Positions 1 to 13,206 are shown, counted from the first letter of the stretch. The stretch: DNA of 64,000 nt from Ptychomitrium polyphyllum (GCA_973851085.1 OZ316776.1:2914001-2978000); one strand, 5' to 3'. Notes: generated by a model not told the origin, from the letters alone. Numbers and translations are program-made.

Positions 1-1281
1 TGGGACGAATCTTCGAAGCAGCAGATGAAAGCGTGTATGGTAAACGCAGGACTTGTGTCTGGTGAGACGGGAGGCATAGAGTCCGTGAAAGTTGTGCTGG
101 AGCCAGAAGCAGCTTCGTTCCACTGCCACCAGATTTTGCAGCAAGACATGAAAGTACAGAGAGATGTGAAGCTGCACGCGAAAGACAAGATTCTGGTGGC
201 TGACGTCGGTGGTGGGACGGTCGACATTGTGGTGCAAGAGATGATTGGGAATGGCAACGACTATCGAGTACGAGAACTGACTGAAAGCTCAGGCGGCCTG
301 TGTGGGGGGACTTTTGTTGATGATTCTTTCATGAGGTTCTTATCTAAAAAAGTAGGATGTCTGGACGACTTTCTGCGGTCCGGTGTACCATCCTACAGGT
401 CACGCCTTCTCAAGGACTGGGAAGAAATCAAGTGTGGTTTCGGCCACGAGATGCGGTCGAATGCAACGACAGAGATTACCCTCCACAACAAGTTAGCTGC
501 ACAGTGGGAGGCGTATGACAAGAAACGGGGTAATTCACCGCGTGAGTCCTACACAGAGATCGAGCTTACGCAAAAAGATTTGAAACTCATTTTTGACCAA
601 GTGGTGGATGAGATTATCGAGTTGGTTGCCGCTCAGCTGATGCACGTGGAAGACATCAAAGTGATGTTCGTTGTTGGCGGGTTTGCAGGATCACCATATC
701 TTATGCAAAGAATCCGAGCCCGTTTTTCTAGTGAGGTAAAACACATTGTTAGTCCCCCTAATCCTGGAAGCGCTATCATTCAAGGTGCAGTTTCCCTAGC
801 ACGCAATCCTAAAGCTTATGATGTGGCGCGAATCCTGAAGAAGACTTATGGTACTAGTGTCACCTTGCTTGATTACCAGCATGGGGTTGATCCTCTCCAT
901 TTTTTGAAAATTGATAAGGACGGGGGAAAATGGTGCAGGAGCAGATTTGACATTTTCGTTAAGAGAGGAGGTAGGATAGCGGTCAATGAGGTTATAACTA
1001 AGGAATACGTTCCACATACTGATGGCCAAACAGAGATGCTCTTCGATTTGTATAGTTCTACTGAGCAAGAGCCAAAATATACGGAGGGGGACAACGTTAC
1101 AAACGAAGGGGGTTTCTCGGTTACTTTACCAAAGGACTACGGCAGGGATAACTTGCCCCTGTTCAAGTTCTCAATGTACTTCGGACGCAGCAGCATAGAA
1201 CTGAAAGTGGAGGCGCAATTCAAGCATACTCAGGGAGATAGAATGCGCAGCATGGAGCTGCCTGTTACATACTACAGCTGA
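1..1281 (+). CDS. Atypical Hsp70 of the HSPA12 type (actin-like ATPase fold), 5'-truncated by window edge
   Basis: Frame open from base 1 (WDESSKQQMKACM, like the 'W...K..MR.A' segment of HSPA12 proteins). Motifs LEPEAAS, DVGGGTVD, GGLCGGTFVD, VGGFAGSPYL and TYG...CRSRFDIFV. No canonical DnaK substrate-binding domain or EEVD. No introns in the visible part. Confidence 0.85.
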   Translation, partial: WDESSKQQMKACMVNAGLVSGETGGIESVKVVLEPEAASFHCHQILQQDMKVQRDVKLHAKDKILVADVGGGTVDIVVQEMIGNGNDYRVRELTESSGGLCGGTFVDDSFMRFLSKKVGCLDDFLRSGVPSYRSRLLKDWEEIKCGFGHEMRSNATTEITLHNKLAAQWEAYDKKRGNSPRESYTEIELTQKDLKLIFDQVVDEIIELVAAQLMHVEDIKVMFVVGGFAGSPYLMQRIRARFSSEVKHIVSPPNPGSAIIQGAVSLARNPKAYDVARILKKTYGTSVTLLDYQHGVDPLHFLKIDKDGGKWCRSRFDIFVKRGGRIAVNEVITKEYVPHTDGQTEMLFDLYSSTEQEPKYTEGDNVTNEGGFSVTLPKDYGRDNLPLFKFSMYFGRSSIELKVEAQFKHTQGDRMRSMELPVTYYS

Positions 1282-4200
1282 AGATAGTTTTAGTGGTTGA
1301 GTGGCTCAGCTCGACTTATATGTAATATGCTATGTGTTTTAGGATAGAGTTTGGACCATCCAACCATGATATATTAATGCAGACGAAGGTTCCTCAACGT
1401 CTTCATGCCTTCTCTCTCGGCGAATATGTCAGCGATGATACTTGCCTGCTCTGCCAGAATTTCTGTACAACTGATTATGGCGATTTTCAGTTGTTCAGTT
1501 ACGTTTGAAGCAAAATCCGGCATAGACGTAAGAGTGGTGGAGACAGACTTGTCCAGTAACGAAGATTTGAAGAATTGTTCAGATCTTGTTATCTTCATGA
1601 TTTTCGCGTGTATAATCATCTGCTTTGTTATGCTGCATTGGAGTTAGCTAGTGCCTCGCAACTCTCGCTGTTAGTTCGACTGAAGGTGTACCAAACCAAA
1701 GATGTACGATACGGTCAGCTACATTACCTTGTGCGCTCTTGCCTTGCATTCGCGAGGTTTACGGAAAAGATATAAAGCTCCTTGTCCTCTATCTTTCAAA
1801 AACTCTGCTTTACGAATTCTGCGCAATTATTGTAATCATGGATGGCTTTGTGACAAGTCCTTTGCATATAGGTTCGTCCAACGGATCACTGGCATTATTT
1901 CCTGTGTATGAAAGACAGTAGAAGACATCATGGCACACCGATCAGTGAGTGGAGCCCAGTCCGATAACAAATTAGAAAGCTTAATATCCTTCTGAGCTAT
2001 TCACTTCAGTGAATATAGCACAAGGGCTAGTTAGATTGCTAATTTTCCACACTAATATAAGAAGCAACGATGTGTTTGAAGAATGTATGCCGAAGCTCCC
2101 TCCTCAGCTGCAGGCAGAATTAGTGAAACTGTGACTGTTGGGATGAAGGTCCTGCCCAGGTAGAATATATGACAATGAATCTATTTCGAATTCCTATCCT
2201 GTAGCATTGTGGAACCAGTTTTTGCGGGATGAATGGTTTCTCTTCAACGAAGGCTTGAGAAGGTAAGAGTATTTTCGGGGCCACAGATTCGATTATGGAG
2301 GTGAAGTGCCAAAAGTTCATTAATGAAGAAGGCGTATCATATTGAGTGAACGCTTACCATGTACTCCGCAGTCTCATGGGATTTCGCGCCAGAATTGTGA
2401 TGAAAATAACATACTCACCATGTACACAGACATTTTGTGGAGGAAAGGGGACACACTGAACAATATGACATGGTGAGTGCTGTCTTTACCGAATATGTGC
2501 GATTACCTCCTAGCTTCAACGACGACTCAAGCCATCAATTGTTAAAGGAAGCAAACATATGGCAACAACTAGATCGTCACATTTTTCACAACCTCCTAAC
2601 GGGTGCTGTTGAATTAGTCGGCCACGTCATGATCAGCATAAATTTTGCGTCACCTCAATTGCACCTGAATCCCCTTCATTACCTAGAGATTTTCCTTTTA
2701 TTCTCTCAAGTTTATCACCTTCATGCAAGGAAACATACACCCAAATATGAGTTGGTGGCCTTACTCGTAGATATAAAACTTGGTTTATATCGATCCTTCG
2801 AAATGTCCCTACCGTTTCACCTTCTCGGAAGCCTCAGGGTACGAAACAACTTTCTAGAAAGAGGCCTGTTTTGAAACACCATGCCTTTTCCCTTGAGGTT
2901 TCACCAGCCTTTGTGCAGTTATTTGGGTGGGGTAGGACTAGAAGAGTAGGGTGCCACCAGCACTCCATCATTGACATTAAATTGTTCAGATAGCTTCAAC
3001 AATGCATAACTGTACCTTTACTTCGGTTCACCTATTGAGCTCATTGTGATTTGTATCTACCTGTTAAGGAATTGCTTGAGCTGCAACTGGGATAATATAA
3101 CGCACTTAAACGTCTAGAACAACTCCCCTAGGGCATGGATTGCAAGATATAGCGCGAAGAAAACCCACAACACTAAGTTGATTGTCAGTCGAGGTCCATT
3201 TTTGATAAAGAACTGTATATGTCTCGAGTCATGTATCTTGTCTCGAGTCTGGTATGTCGAGACTCGATGCCTGCTTTTCTGGTTAGGCATAATTCGTAGT
3301 ATTGGCATTTCGCCATTAATGTAGAATATTCTTCAAGGATAGAAGCCTAGGCTTTCTCAGTTGTCATTCTTATATACTTTCATTCAGTCTGCAATCAAAA
3401 TGTCATTACTCTCGATAGTTTGGGTTTGCGTGTTATTTTTTACATCGCATGATATGGTGGACCCTACTCACCTTCTACTTGTGGATACTTGAATTGAAAA
3501 GTGTGTTTTCACCGTGTTGATACAAAATTTATCCAACAACAGGTAGGTGTGCACCAGGAATACTGATCCTTGAATGAAGCCGGTACAGTTTGGTGTAGAA
3601 AGCGGTTCTTAGAAAGGTCGCACGAAAGGTGATGGTGGTACTAGACTGATACCTGAAGTATAATTGCAGGTAGCTCAAAGCCTTGGGAGATTTTAAAAAG
3701 TGTAACCAGAGCAGAATCTGATGCTCTATTATTCAGTGACTTGATTGAGTAGGCGACACTCGCAGCTGTCAATCTGAATCATCCTATTCTCTGAATCCAT
3801 AGCTCTACATTGCTGAAAGGGAGGATTTCCTACGAAGAAATTTGTGTAGGAAGGTTCAAAATTCTCAAGAAATCAAACCAACTGGCAGTTTGTCATTTTG
3901 TGTCACTGAATGTACTACATTATATAGCATACTGTACTACATCTCTTCACACATTTCTTACCTACTGATCATTTAATCAACTCTGTATTTACTTGAATCA
4001 AAACCTCAGCAAAACACAACAAAAGTCCAAGGCCGCAACAAAGATACATCAATCAGAAGATAGCCCAAAGGCATCAAAGACAGAAATCCATGCTTTAACT
4101 CCAAAGTCCTCAACATACAAGTCTATGATCCTCTTTATCAATTCTAATACATATACTAGAGAATGACAATGAGAGAATGAAGAACAAAAATCCTGAATAA

Positions 4201-6161
4201 CCCTCTTAAGGTAGTCGCCACCTAATCCTAATAACCAGACCTGTTCATCCATAGTAACTAATTATTAATAACTATAGAACTGCCATCTTGTAAGTGACCA
4301 GGGGACAAAGTTATCTCGTAAATTACTGCAAAACAAAGTCTAAAAAAAATCAATCTTAAAAGTTAGTGTACAAAAAGTATCTTGTTAGAAATCCACTCGA
4401 CTTGTATTTTTGTGACATTTTTTTTCTCATAGATTTCTTGATTCCTTGGTTTTCAACTTGGAGTGAAGCAAGTGAAGTGCAAGCCGTTTTAATAAGTAGC
4501 ACTACAGAAAACAAGGTTTGATCAACACTCTTTTAAATACTAAAACATCATAAATATGATTAAAAAGTATTTTGGTCAACCCTAGTTTTTGGTAATCTAG
4601 GTTATCATACAAAACATAATGAAAACAACTTCCAAGAAAAATTAATTTGCCAACCATGTTGGCATCCACAAATTAGCTACATTTTGCTGATGTAGAAATT
4701 CTTCATGTCATTTTAGTACATTCTTGAATTCTCATCCTTAAGGCAGGCTCGCATCCTAGTCAATGGTTTCCAAGCATCTCACGCAATTCTTCTGAAGGTG
4801 CCTCCTAGACTAAGCTAATTCAGTGATGTTGATTTAGACGTTGTCCTGGAACTGCAGCTGGCTCAATGCACAACCGGTCGAGTATATTTTAACTAGTACC
4901 ACATAAAATCCAATCAACTTAGTAGTGTGTCAGTGGCATGAACTACTATGAAGTCGAGCCAACGCTGAAGGGTAAAGATCTAGTGATACTTACAATAGAA
5001 GAGCACCAAAGTGAACAGCCCAATGAATTAAGCTTATCTGAAGAGATCGCTACCCCTAAGGGGAATGAGTATTCAACTACAATATCTACAATGTTTCCAA
5101 TAGCAACTTGCAAACTTGAATAGTGAAGTTCAACTCCTGTGAACGCACCATTTGCCTAATTTACGACTGACGCTCTTCTTAGACAAACGGCGCAAAGACA
5201 ATCTTGGTCGATTCAATACTTTCAGTATCTGTATTCGGAGCAAGATTGTATAATGTTTCAACAGATGTGGGCTAGTGAGAGAGAGGCCAGGATTGCGTTT
5301 GCATCTATCCCCAGACGCATAATTCAGAAGAGTGTACGAGTCGTCCAACTCAATAATTTCATGTGAAGCCCTACCAGGTCCAAATGTAGTACACTTTGCA
5401 TCCCCAAAGCTCCAGAGTCCGGATGACATGATGTGATCTACCCAAGTGATTCACTGCCAGGTTGAAGTCTCAGATTGTTCAGTGATCCACAGTAGCTTCC
5501 CATAAACATACAATATATCAATATGCCATTTCCCTTCTCCCAACAGATAGCCTATGGTTGGTTGAGGTATTTACTACAACATTCTCAACTTTTTCAGATT
5601 GGAGAAAATATGAGAATATCACAACACTCATTTGAAGAGGATTCAGTCAATCCTGACATCATCTAACTTTACTACCTAAAATGGTTTTTGGCTAAAATTC
5701 CTCAAAATGACAACAATACTCTACCTGAGAAATATGGAGGATGTTGATGAGATCAAGTTGTTAAGAGATCTGATTTGAACTTGGATTTATGAAGTTTCTC
5801 GTTCTGTCTAACATGTAAAAATGGTCGTCTAACTCAGAATTCTATGCAATGAAAAAAGTAACTTCAGCAACAATCTAAATTGCTACTTTCAAAAGTTTGC
5901 ACAAGCTACTCATAGTTTACTATACACCAAGATTTTTAATATTTAATTAGTGAAGGGGTGATTGGGTTGGGCTGGATGTGATGTGGCATTAGGAATGACA
6001 TGATGAAGTGATCTTGTGACATAATTCTATATTATTTTTGTTAAACATGGGAAAATTGAAAAATAAATATTGGGTGGTATGGATGAATATCAATGTGTGT
6101 ATAATTCATTTTGTGTTGTGGTTTGTATAGGATATATCCTAATATTAATGGGGTGCTTATC

Positions 6162-6280
6162 GTTAGATTCACTTAGTTAATTGATGTTCTAAATCAATGT
6201 GCTAAATAATACAATTAGTTAATTGATGCATCAATTACATTAGTTTTAGCACACTAATTTAACAGTTTGTGTAATCTAGC
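6162..6280. repeat. Imperfect inverted repeat (hairpin) centred on an 18-bp palindrome
   Basis: TAATTGATGCATCAATTA at 6220-6237. Arms AATGTGCTAAA / TTTAGCACACT and GTTAGATTCAC / GTGTAATCTAGC. Confidence 0.55.
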
Positions 6281-6444
6281 CTGAACAACTTCAAGGGTTT
6301 CAACTTGACAAACTGCTCTTCAGCATGGAAAATGTGCAGAGCAAACCACAATTTGACACTTGAATGAGTTGGAGGTTTTCATCAGTCAATCAGTCGAAGT
6401 AACAGCCTGTATGGTAGAGGAACTTCCTACAATCAACAGTTTCT

Positions 6445-6501
6445 CATATGCTTAATATTCCTTTCACATATGCTCAATATTCCTTTCACATATGCTTAAT
6501 A
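6445..6501. repeat. 22-bp tandem repeat, ~2.6 copies
   Basis: CATATGCTTAATATTCCTTTCA / CATATGCTCAATATTCCTTTCA / CATATGCTTAATA. Confidence 0.8.
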
Positions 6502-9500
6502 CCTCTTAAATTTAGGGGTAAATACGCATAAATACCTAAGATTTTATAGGATAGTATTTTGGGCTGTTTAAAGCAATTTTCTCTACCGACTAACTTATAT
6601 ATCATAATACCAGACTCAATCATCACAATAACATTGGGTGTTTTCTGATTCTACAGTGATGATACATGATGAGAATTCAACTTAACATTTATATGTAACT
6701 TAGGGTGAGATAGGTTTTGGTTCGTTAGTTGGCGTTCTGACAAGCACGTTGGGTTGCTTGTCCTTGTAATGGAAGGAGTACGTCTATGACAACATTTGGG
6801 TTGACTGCATAACATTCGTTAGCAGTTGGAGTGGTTCACACAAAGGCAGCACCATCCATAAGAGGGAGTTCAAGGGAACTGAACATGGTTCCTATTGAGT
6901 ATATCCATAAGAAAAAAAGGAAGTTTACTCAGTTTATAACATATTATTTGGATGTCCTAGGAGAAATTGTGAATCATTAAAGTTGAGAACTTTGGGGGCT
7001 AATAGGTTTGTTAAAAGAATGTTAAGAACCTTAAGCAAATTTTCATTCTCGGACGAGTTGAGATGAACAAAAAATGTTGTCGAATCTGACCTGTCAGGCT
7101 GTTAGCTGGGAAAGACAAATTCTTGCAGGGGTCCGATGGACCTGGACTCTGAAGAACCAGAGCCAGAGAAACAGCCATAGCTAGACTGGAGAGCAACCCT
7201 GGGGACCAATTATAAGAAACCAAAGCTGCTGCCCTCATGATACCTGTATTGGAACATTTTGAAACAGTATGAAGAATTTCAGACTGAGCTTCATATTTGC
7301 AACAGCAAATCCGAGGATGAATGTCTAGTCGGTGAAGGATGAATGCCAGTGTTCCGACTGTTCAATATAACAGTAAACAAATGAAGGTCTTCCACATCAA
7401 AGTTTTGGAGGTTGATGTTTGATACTCTTGGAAGCTTGAACACTCCACTTCAGTTCTTTGAAAATAGATCATGGGCGATATACCCAGTACTACACAATAT
7501 ACACCATTGATACCACATTTCAATATATGAAACTTATGAGACATCATTCGTACTGCTGCCAAAACATTCTTCATTGACCGCTATAAACGCCCTCTCTTTA
7601 AAGGACTCCTTCCATATCTGAAGGAATCATTCCATTGTTCAAAGATACCATTCTATTGTCAAACTAGGCCAGGAAGTTTATTTTCTGAACAAAGCGTCAA
7701 AGACATATATTACTGTATTACAAGTTTCTTCCAACTCAAGCTAGGAATATGTAAAATCTGGGGACTCATAAGACCAAACCCTATATCCCTATAATTGCTC
7801 ACTGCACAATCAACTAAAATGCAGAGCAACGCAAAAAAACAAGCACACAGGACGGTACTGTACTGTACATATTGGGCAAGCGCGTCCAAAAGTTCTGAGA
7901 GAAACACACTGAATTTCACCCTGCAAGCACCAAATGCAATATAATTAATAAACATCCAAACAGTACGTTGTGTAAATATCGAGAGCTGCATACACGAACA
8001 TTATTTTCTGAGTCTGAATACGGTACTAAAGAGACGTGGTGGGATTGAATACCATGGTCGTTGGAGAGGCTCGGTCATGGTAATAAGAGCGCTTTGAAGT
8101 GTACTCTTGCAAAAGGGGTGTCAGCCGGTCCCTGCCAGACTAGCATAGTCTAAGCTCCTACACTGCTGGGTCCCTGCCCTTCAAATGGCAGCAGCCTCAC
8201 TGCTGGGCCAGTCTAGAGTCTAGCAGCTGCACTTCACTGATTGGAGTCCCGGCCACAGCCATGGCCATCGAAACCCACGTTCCCTCTCTTATTACCCCGC
8301 CTGTCACCCATTCCTTCCCTACCTTAATCTCCTCTCTGATCTATCCTGCCAGATTCGCAACTCCTCTTGGTCCCTGCATTTCGGGGGTGGAGATCGAGGC
8401 CGGCCTTAGGCTGTAGGTAGTCATTCAGCAGCCACACTCATTTCGGATTTGCATTCTCAGACCTTCAGGCCTGTTATGATTCCGATCGGAGTGTAGCTGT
8501 TGGCAATGTGACAGTGATGCTGCAGAGCGGGGTACAAATCAGGTGCGAAGAGTGAGAGGGCGAGTTCAGTAACTGCAACGGCCTTCCGAGGTGCGATTCC
8601 TTACAGTACCCTTTCTATGTAGTATAGAAGCTAGCTTCGTGTTCTGTTTTTCTCGCAGCCTTCACCTTCGGCTTTATCCTGCTATGTAAACAGCGAGGAA
8701 AACTGCTGGCTTTATACTTGGAAGTTACATTGATTTCTATTAGAGTAGCAGGAATATAGTACGTCGATGTAAAGGTTCGAAAACCAGCTTACAACATTGA
8801 GGTGCATCCTAGAACGTCAACATTTTCTACCTATTTTCTTGTAATTTTGCACGAGAAGATTGCTTTTCTTCGCCATGTAGTCTCGTTCATCGTCTATCAC
8901 CGTTTAGCTGCCAGTTTCAAAGCAAAGAGAAAAACGGAGTCCTAGGTAAAGTCTGGCATAGCACCTTTGATGCGTGCACTTCGCATTCTGTGTAAACTAC
9001 ACATGGAGATTGTGCTAGTGAATGAGCAGCTAGCTTGTGAGGTTTCAATGCAGTTGCCTTTGTGATCGGGGATTTTGCAAGTTTCGGAAAAGTTAGATCG
9101 TAATGCTAGCTATGGCACATAAACTGCATTGATGGGCTCACCCACATCACTGCGCACACTACACTTATGAGTGTGCGGTGTACCGTCTCGTATGAATTTG
9201 TGCACATCTGCAGATTGCGTGATGCTTAGGTTTGTTGAAGAAGCATCTAATGATGGTGTCAGTACGATGTGGTCGGTTCTCTGCCAAGATCCTCCATCTC
9301 TACGTCAAAAGTGTGTCAAATGTATGTCAAAGTTAGTACTGACACTGGCGTGGAAAGATTTTGCTTGTGCATTTCAAAGCCGATTACTGCATCATGATTC
9401 CTTAGTTCATGTTTAATCTTCAATTGGAAATCTACTTCGCTCTGTCGAAAATTGGATTTCTGTATGCAGAAAATCAGCTGTAGTTTACTGCACCGAGCAG

Positions 9501-9820
9501 TGCTCGTTAATCAACGATTTGACTAGACCATCTCAAAGTATTATGACGTTGTTGAGATCTTCGAGTTGCAAATTGGCCATCACCAAAGCCACTTCAATCA
9601 GAGAGTCAATGGAGTCAATCGCACGATCTTAAAACTGCCGCACATAAGTGCAACACTTCCACCAGCTGTTCAGCCTTATCATTGAGGATATGTATTTCAG
9701 TGGGAGATTCTAACATTGTCGAATGCATGTTGACCGAGAGCGAGCTGATGAATTCTGTAATGCTGTTACTGCAGGGCATTTCGTCACACAGTCGAAGCGC
9801 TTAAACGGGAGTAATAAGCC

Positions 9821-11533
9821 ATGGAGCTCTGTAAATGCCAAGAACGGCGATTTCTCACTTTCTATGCGCCGGTACTCCTCTTGCTTCTCCTCGGATCACC
9901 CGAAGTTGAGGCGATCTCCAGAGCAGCAGTAGTGGCGGCAGCTCCCGTCGCGCCCATTCTCCCGGCTCCTGTCGTGGCACCCGTCACAGCACCGCCGAAG
10001 ATCGCCGTTGTTCCACCCAAAGCCGCTCCAGTGGTCGCCATCCCACCCAAAGCAGCCGCTGCGCCTGTTGTCGCGAAGCCTCCAGCGGTGGTACCGCCTG
10101 TCGCGGCTCCCGTAGTAGCAAAGCCTCCAGCAGTGGCAGCTCCCATCGTGGCGCCTGCTGTAGCTCCCGTCGCGGCGAAGGTACCGACCGCAGCTCCAAA
10201 AGCTGCCGTCGCGCCACTACTCGCTCCAGTTGCGGCGCCCGCGAAAGTCCCCGCGAAAGCGCCCGCAACTGCCAAAGCGCCTGCAACTGCCAAAGTGCCT
10301 GCGAAGCCTCCCACTGCAGCTGCACCGATTGCAGCCGGCCCCGCCCTCGCGCCCTCCCCTGCGGCAGCGCTTGCGCCATCGACCGGCGTTCCCCTCGACG
10401 CCGCGCAAGTGAAAGCTCTCAACGCGCTCGGCATTGTAGCGGACGCCGACGCCTGCTCCACCATCCCCTCGACGGTGCTCAAGTGCGACGTAAACACAAC
10501 GACCCAACACTTGGTCTCCCTAAACGCGCAGAATTGCCCTTCCGTAGCGACCATCTCAGACGCAAACCTCGCAGCGCTTTCGCCGTTTCTGAAGGAGCTA
10601 AGCTTTATGAACTGCAACTTGAAGGCCCCCTTACCCGAACCGACGGATCGAATGGCAAACACTCTAGAATCTCTCACCGTCACCGACGCGCCGGTGATGC
10701 TTGGTTGGTGGATCGGCCGACTCACGAACCTCAAAACGGTCCATATTCAAGACACTTATGTGAAAGCCTCCAGCTTGAGCGTCGTCATCAGCAAGCTCGA
10801 GAGTTTGACAGAGCTGACGATCGCGAACGCATCAGTAAACGGCGCAATACCAACGCAGTGGCCAGCGGCCGCGACGCTCACTACCTTAGACCTCTCTGAA
10901 AACCAGCTCTCTGGGCCGATTCCCATCGCCATCACGAAGATCCCTTCGCTCAAAACCCTAGATCTTAGCCACAACCGCCTCAACGACCACATCATCAGCG
11001 CGATCGGCGACCTAGGGCTGCTGAAATCCTTGTCATTGAGCAACAACCAGCTCCGGATGACGATCCCCAAGACGCTCGGCCAGTTGCATTATTTGACGAA
11101 GCTCGATCTGAGCTTCAACAAGCTCAATGGCACGGTCCCGGAGGAGTTGGCAAATCTGCCGCTCACGTACCTTGACTTGAGTAACAACTCGCTCTCCGGG
11201 GCGGTTCCGTTTGACGATGTGTTTATGTCGAAACTGGCGACGTTTAAGTTTTCTGGGAACCCGGATCTGTGTTACAACAGTTCGATCACATCGGCGAAGG
11301 CGGCGGGTGGGTTGAAGCTTTGTGGCGCTTTGGAGCCCGCTCTGGCACCGGAGTATTATGGACCTGCGATGTCGCCGGAAGCGTCTGCGATGGATGGTGG
11401 TGACTCGCCGGCGCCGAAGAAGAAGCCGAACATTGTTGCGATTGTGTTTGGGACGTTGGGCGCGTTGGTTGCGGTTGCCGCGGTTGTGTATTGCTGCTGC
11501 CGCTACTGGGGCGCCAAAGCTGGTTACGAGTAA
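9821..11533 (+). CDS. LRR receptor-like protein of the RLP51/SNC2 family with Pro/Ala/Val/Lys-rich (AGP-like) N-terminal extension
   Basis: Signal peptide (VLLLLLLGSPEVEA), ~150 aa of PAVK-rich repeats, 'LDAAQVKALNALG...C...C...LSFMNC' cap typical of RLP51/55, plant LRRs (LDLSxNxLSGxIP), GNPDLCYN C-cap, C-terminal TM helix and very short tail without a kinase. Single coding exon. Confidence 0.9.
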   Translation: MELCKCQERRFLTFYAPVLLLLLLGSPEVEAISRAAVVAAAPVAPILPAPVVAPVTAPPKIAVVPPKAAPVVAIPPKAAAAPVVAKPPAVVPPVAAPVVAKPPAVAAPIVAPAVAPVAAKVPTAAPKAAVAPLLAPVAAPAKVPAKAPATAKAPATAKVPAKPPTAAAPIAAGPALAPSPAAALAPSTGVPLDAAQVKALNALGIVADADACSTIPSTVLKCDVNTTTQHLVSLNAQNCPSVATISDANLAALSPFLKELSFMNCNLKAPLPEPTDRMANTLESLTVTDAPVMLGWWIGRLTNLKTVHIQDTYVKASSLSVVISKLESLTELTIANASVNGAIPTQWPAAATLTTLDLSENQLSGPIPIAITKIPSLKTLDLSHNRLNDHIISAIGDLGLLKSLSLSNNQLRMTIPKTLGQLHYLTKLDLSFNKLNGTVPEELANLPLTYLDLSNNSLSGAVPFDDVFMSKLATFKFSGNPDLCYNSSITSAKAAGGLKLCGALEPALAPEYYGPAMSPEASAMDGGDSPAPKKKPNIVAIVFGTLGALVAVAAVVYCCCRYWGAKAGYE

Positions 11534-13206
11534 CGCTCCCTCCGAGGTATGCACACAATTTGAGAAAAAATAATGGTGCTTGTCTTCACCAATTTGAACA
11601 TAATGAGACCTGAATTTCAAGGAGTATAAATTTTCTCATTTTGCATTCTAAGACAGACGTGATGGCTGCTAGGCCGTCACTGAAGAATCTAATTAGAATA
11701 TACTACTCGTGATCTTATTTACCTTTCGGAGACTTTCAAATGCAATTTGAAGAGGGAACAAATTATATCATAGATAGTATCGTTTTCATGTGAGGCTGAA
11801 ATCATCTTGATAATAAGAGAAGCTCAAGTACGCTGAGTAGTTCGATAAGCTTGGAATATGTGTGGGATCCGCAGATTTCTCCAAACAGTTTTTATGAGAA
11901 TGTACGACTAGAGCACTTAACCAGCTCTCTCAGCTTTGAGCGCTTCTCCGTCGTCTCTGCCATAGCTACGATTCCTCCGCAGATCAAAGACTACTAGTCA
12001 ACGTGGGTGCGGCGTCGATGTGAAGCAACGAGATAATTACTTCGGTTTGTGGAAGATGAGCCAGGCTTGTAGGTTATCAGAGCGAACCTGGTTGATCATG
12101 TTACTTCTAGAGTGTTTTTTAGTGTTAGGAGGTCCAGATCTCTGAGACTGATTTGAAAGTTCATATAGTGCTTACCAAAATTTTTATGACCTCGAGAGGC
12201 AATAATTAGACGCCGTTGCATGCCGTGGTGCTTCAGTGGAGTCAGGACTGATCAGCCCAGCTTGAACATTGGTAGTGTACTTGAATTTAGAAGAGTGAAG
12301 GTGTGTGGAACGTGGTGACAGTTTTGGTGAAAGAGAACATGGTTGATCATAAAATGTGTCAACATTGACTTTTCTCCTTATAATTCTACAAGTGAGAGTA
12401 AGTCTCATTATGACCTGATCTACCGAGCATGTTTGTAATGGATTTTTTAATTTTCTAAGGACCAACACATATGTACTCCAGATACTTTTGTCATTCTAGA
12501 CTCGGTCAAGTTGTGATAATACTCAGCAGGTGAGCCTGATCCGCAAACTGCGAACAATATTGAGCAAATCAACAGCTGGCCAACAGTGTGAGGTTGAAAA
12601 GTGGACCTTTCACTTAGTAATTTTTGAATATACAGGCAGACATTTAGTTCGGCAAATTATCTAGATATTATATATTTGAAATCTTGCTGGTAGTTGACAG
12701 TTAGAAATCAAAGCTCTTCAGTAGTCAAGTGTAATACAAACTGTACCTCATTTGCTGTAGCTAGAGTTCATTTAGCGTGAATAGCTGCTTGTATATACAT
12801 GGATCATCTCCTCAAGATGATCCCTGCTTAACTGCTAATCTTGGTTCCTTTGATTATCACAGAACACTGAAATACTTATATCTGGTGACGAATCTCCCTG
12901 TAGTCTAGAGAATACAATCTTGAGCTAGAACTTGAGCATGTTAGAACCTGATACTCCTGCATGTTGAAGCAAGTGGACCTTTCTTCGGCATGGATACAGT
13001 TTTATGCAACGTGATGGAGTGGTTTAAGATATTCGAAACGACGTAATGAAGTTGCTCCTCTTAGTGGCCGTTGTCATACAAGGTCCTTTGCTGAAGTCAG
13101 GGCCTGACTTTGATCAATGAACGGAGTGAAAGTGGAATCCCATCTGACATAGTCCTCACTAAACACCTTTCACTACTCTTTGAAGTGATTGTCGGAAATT
13201 CTAGGC

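Noticed and set aside
9862..10734. 290-aa antisense ORF and other ORFs overlapping the RLP gene
   Set aside because: Shadow frames of a GC-rich, repetitive coding region with no recognisable domain.
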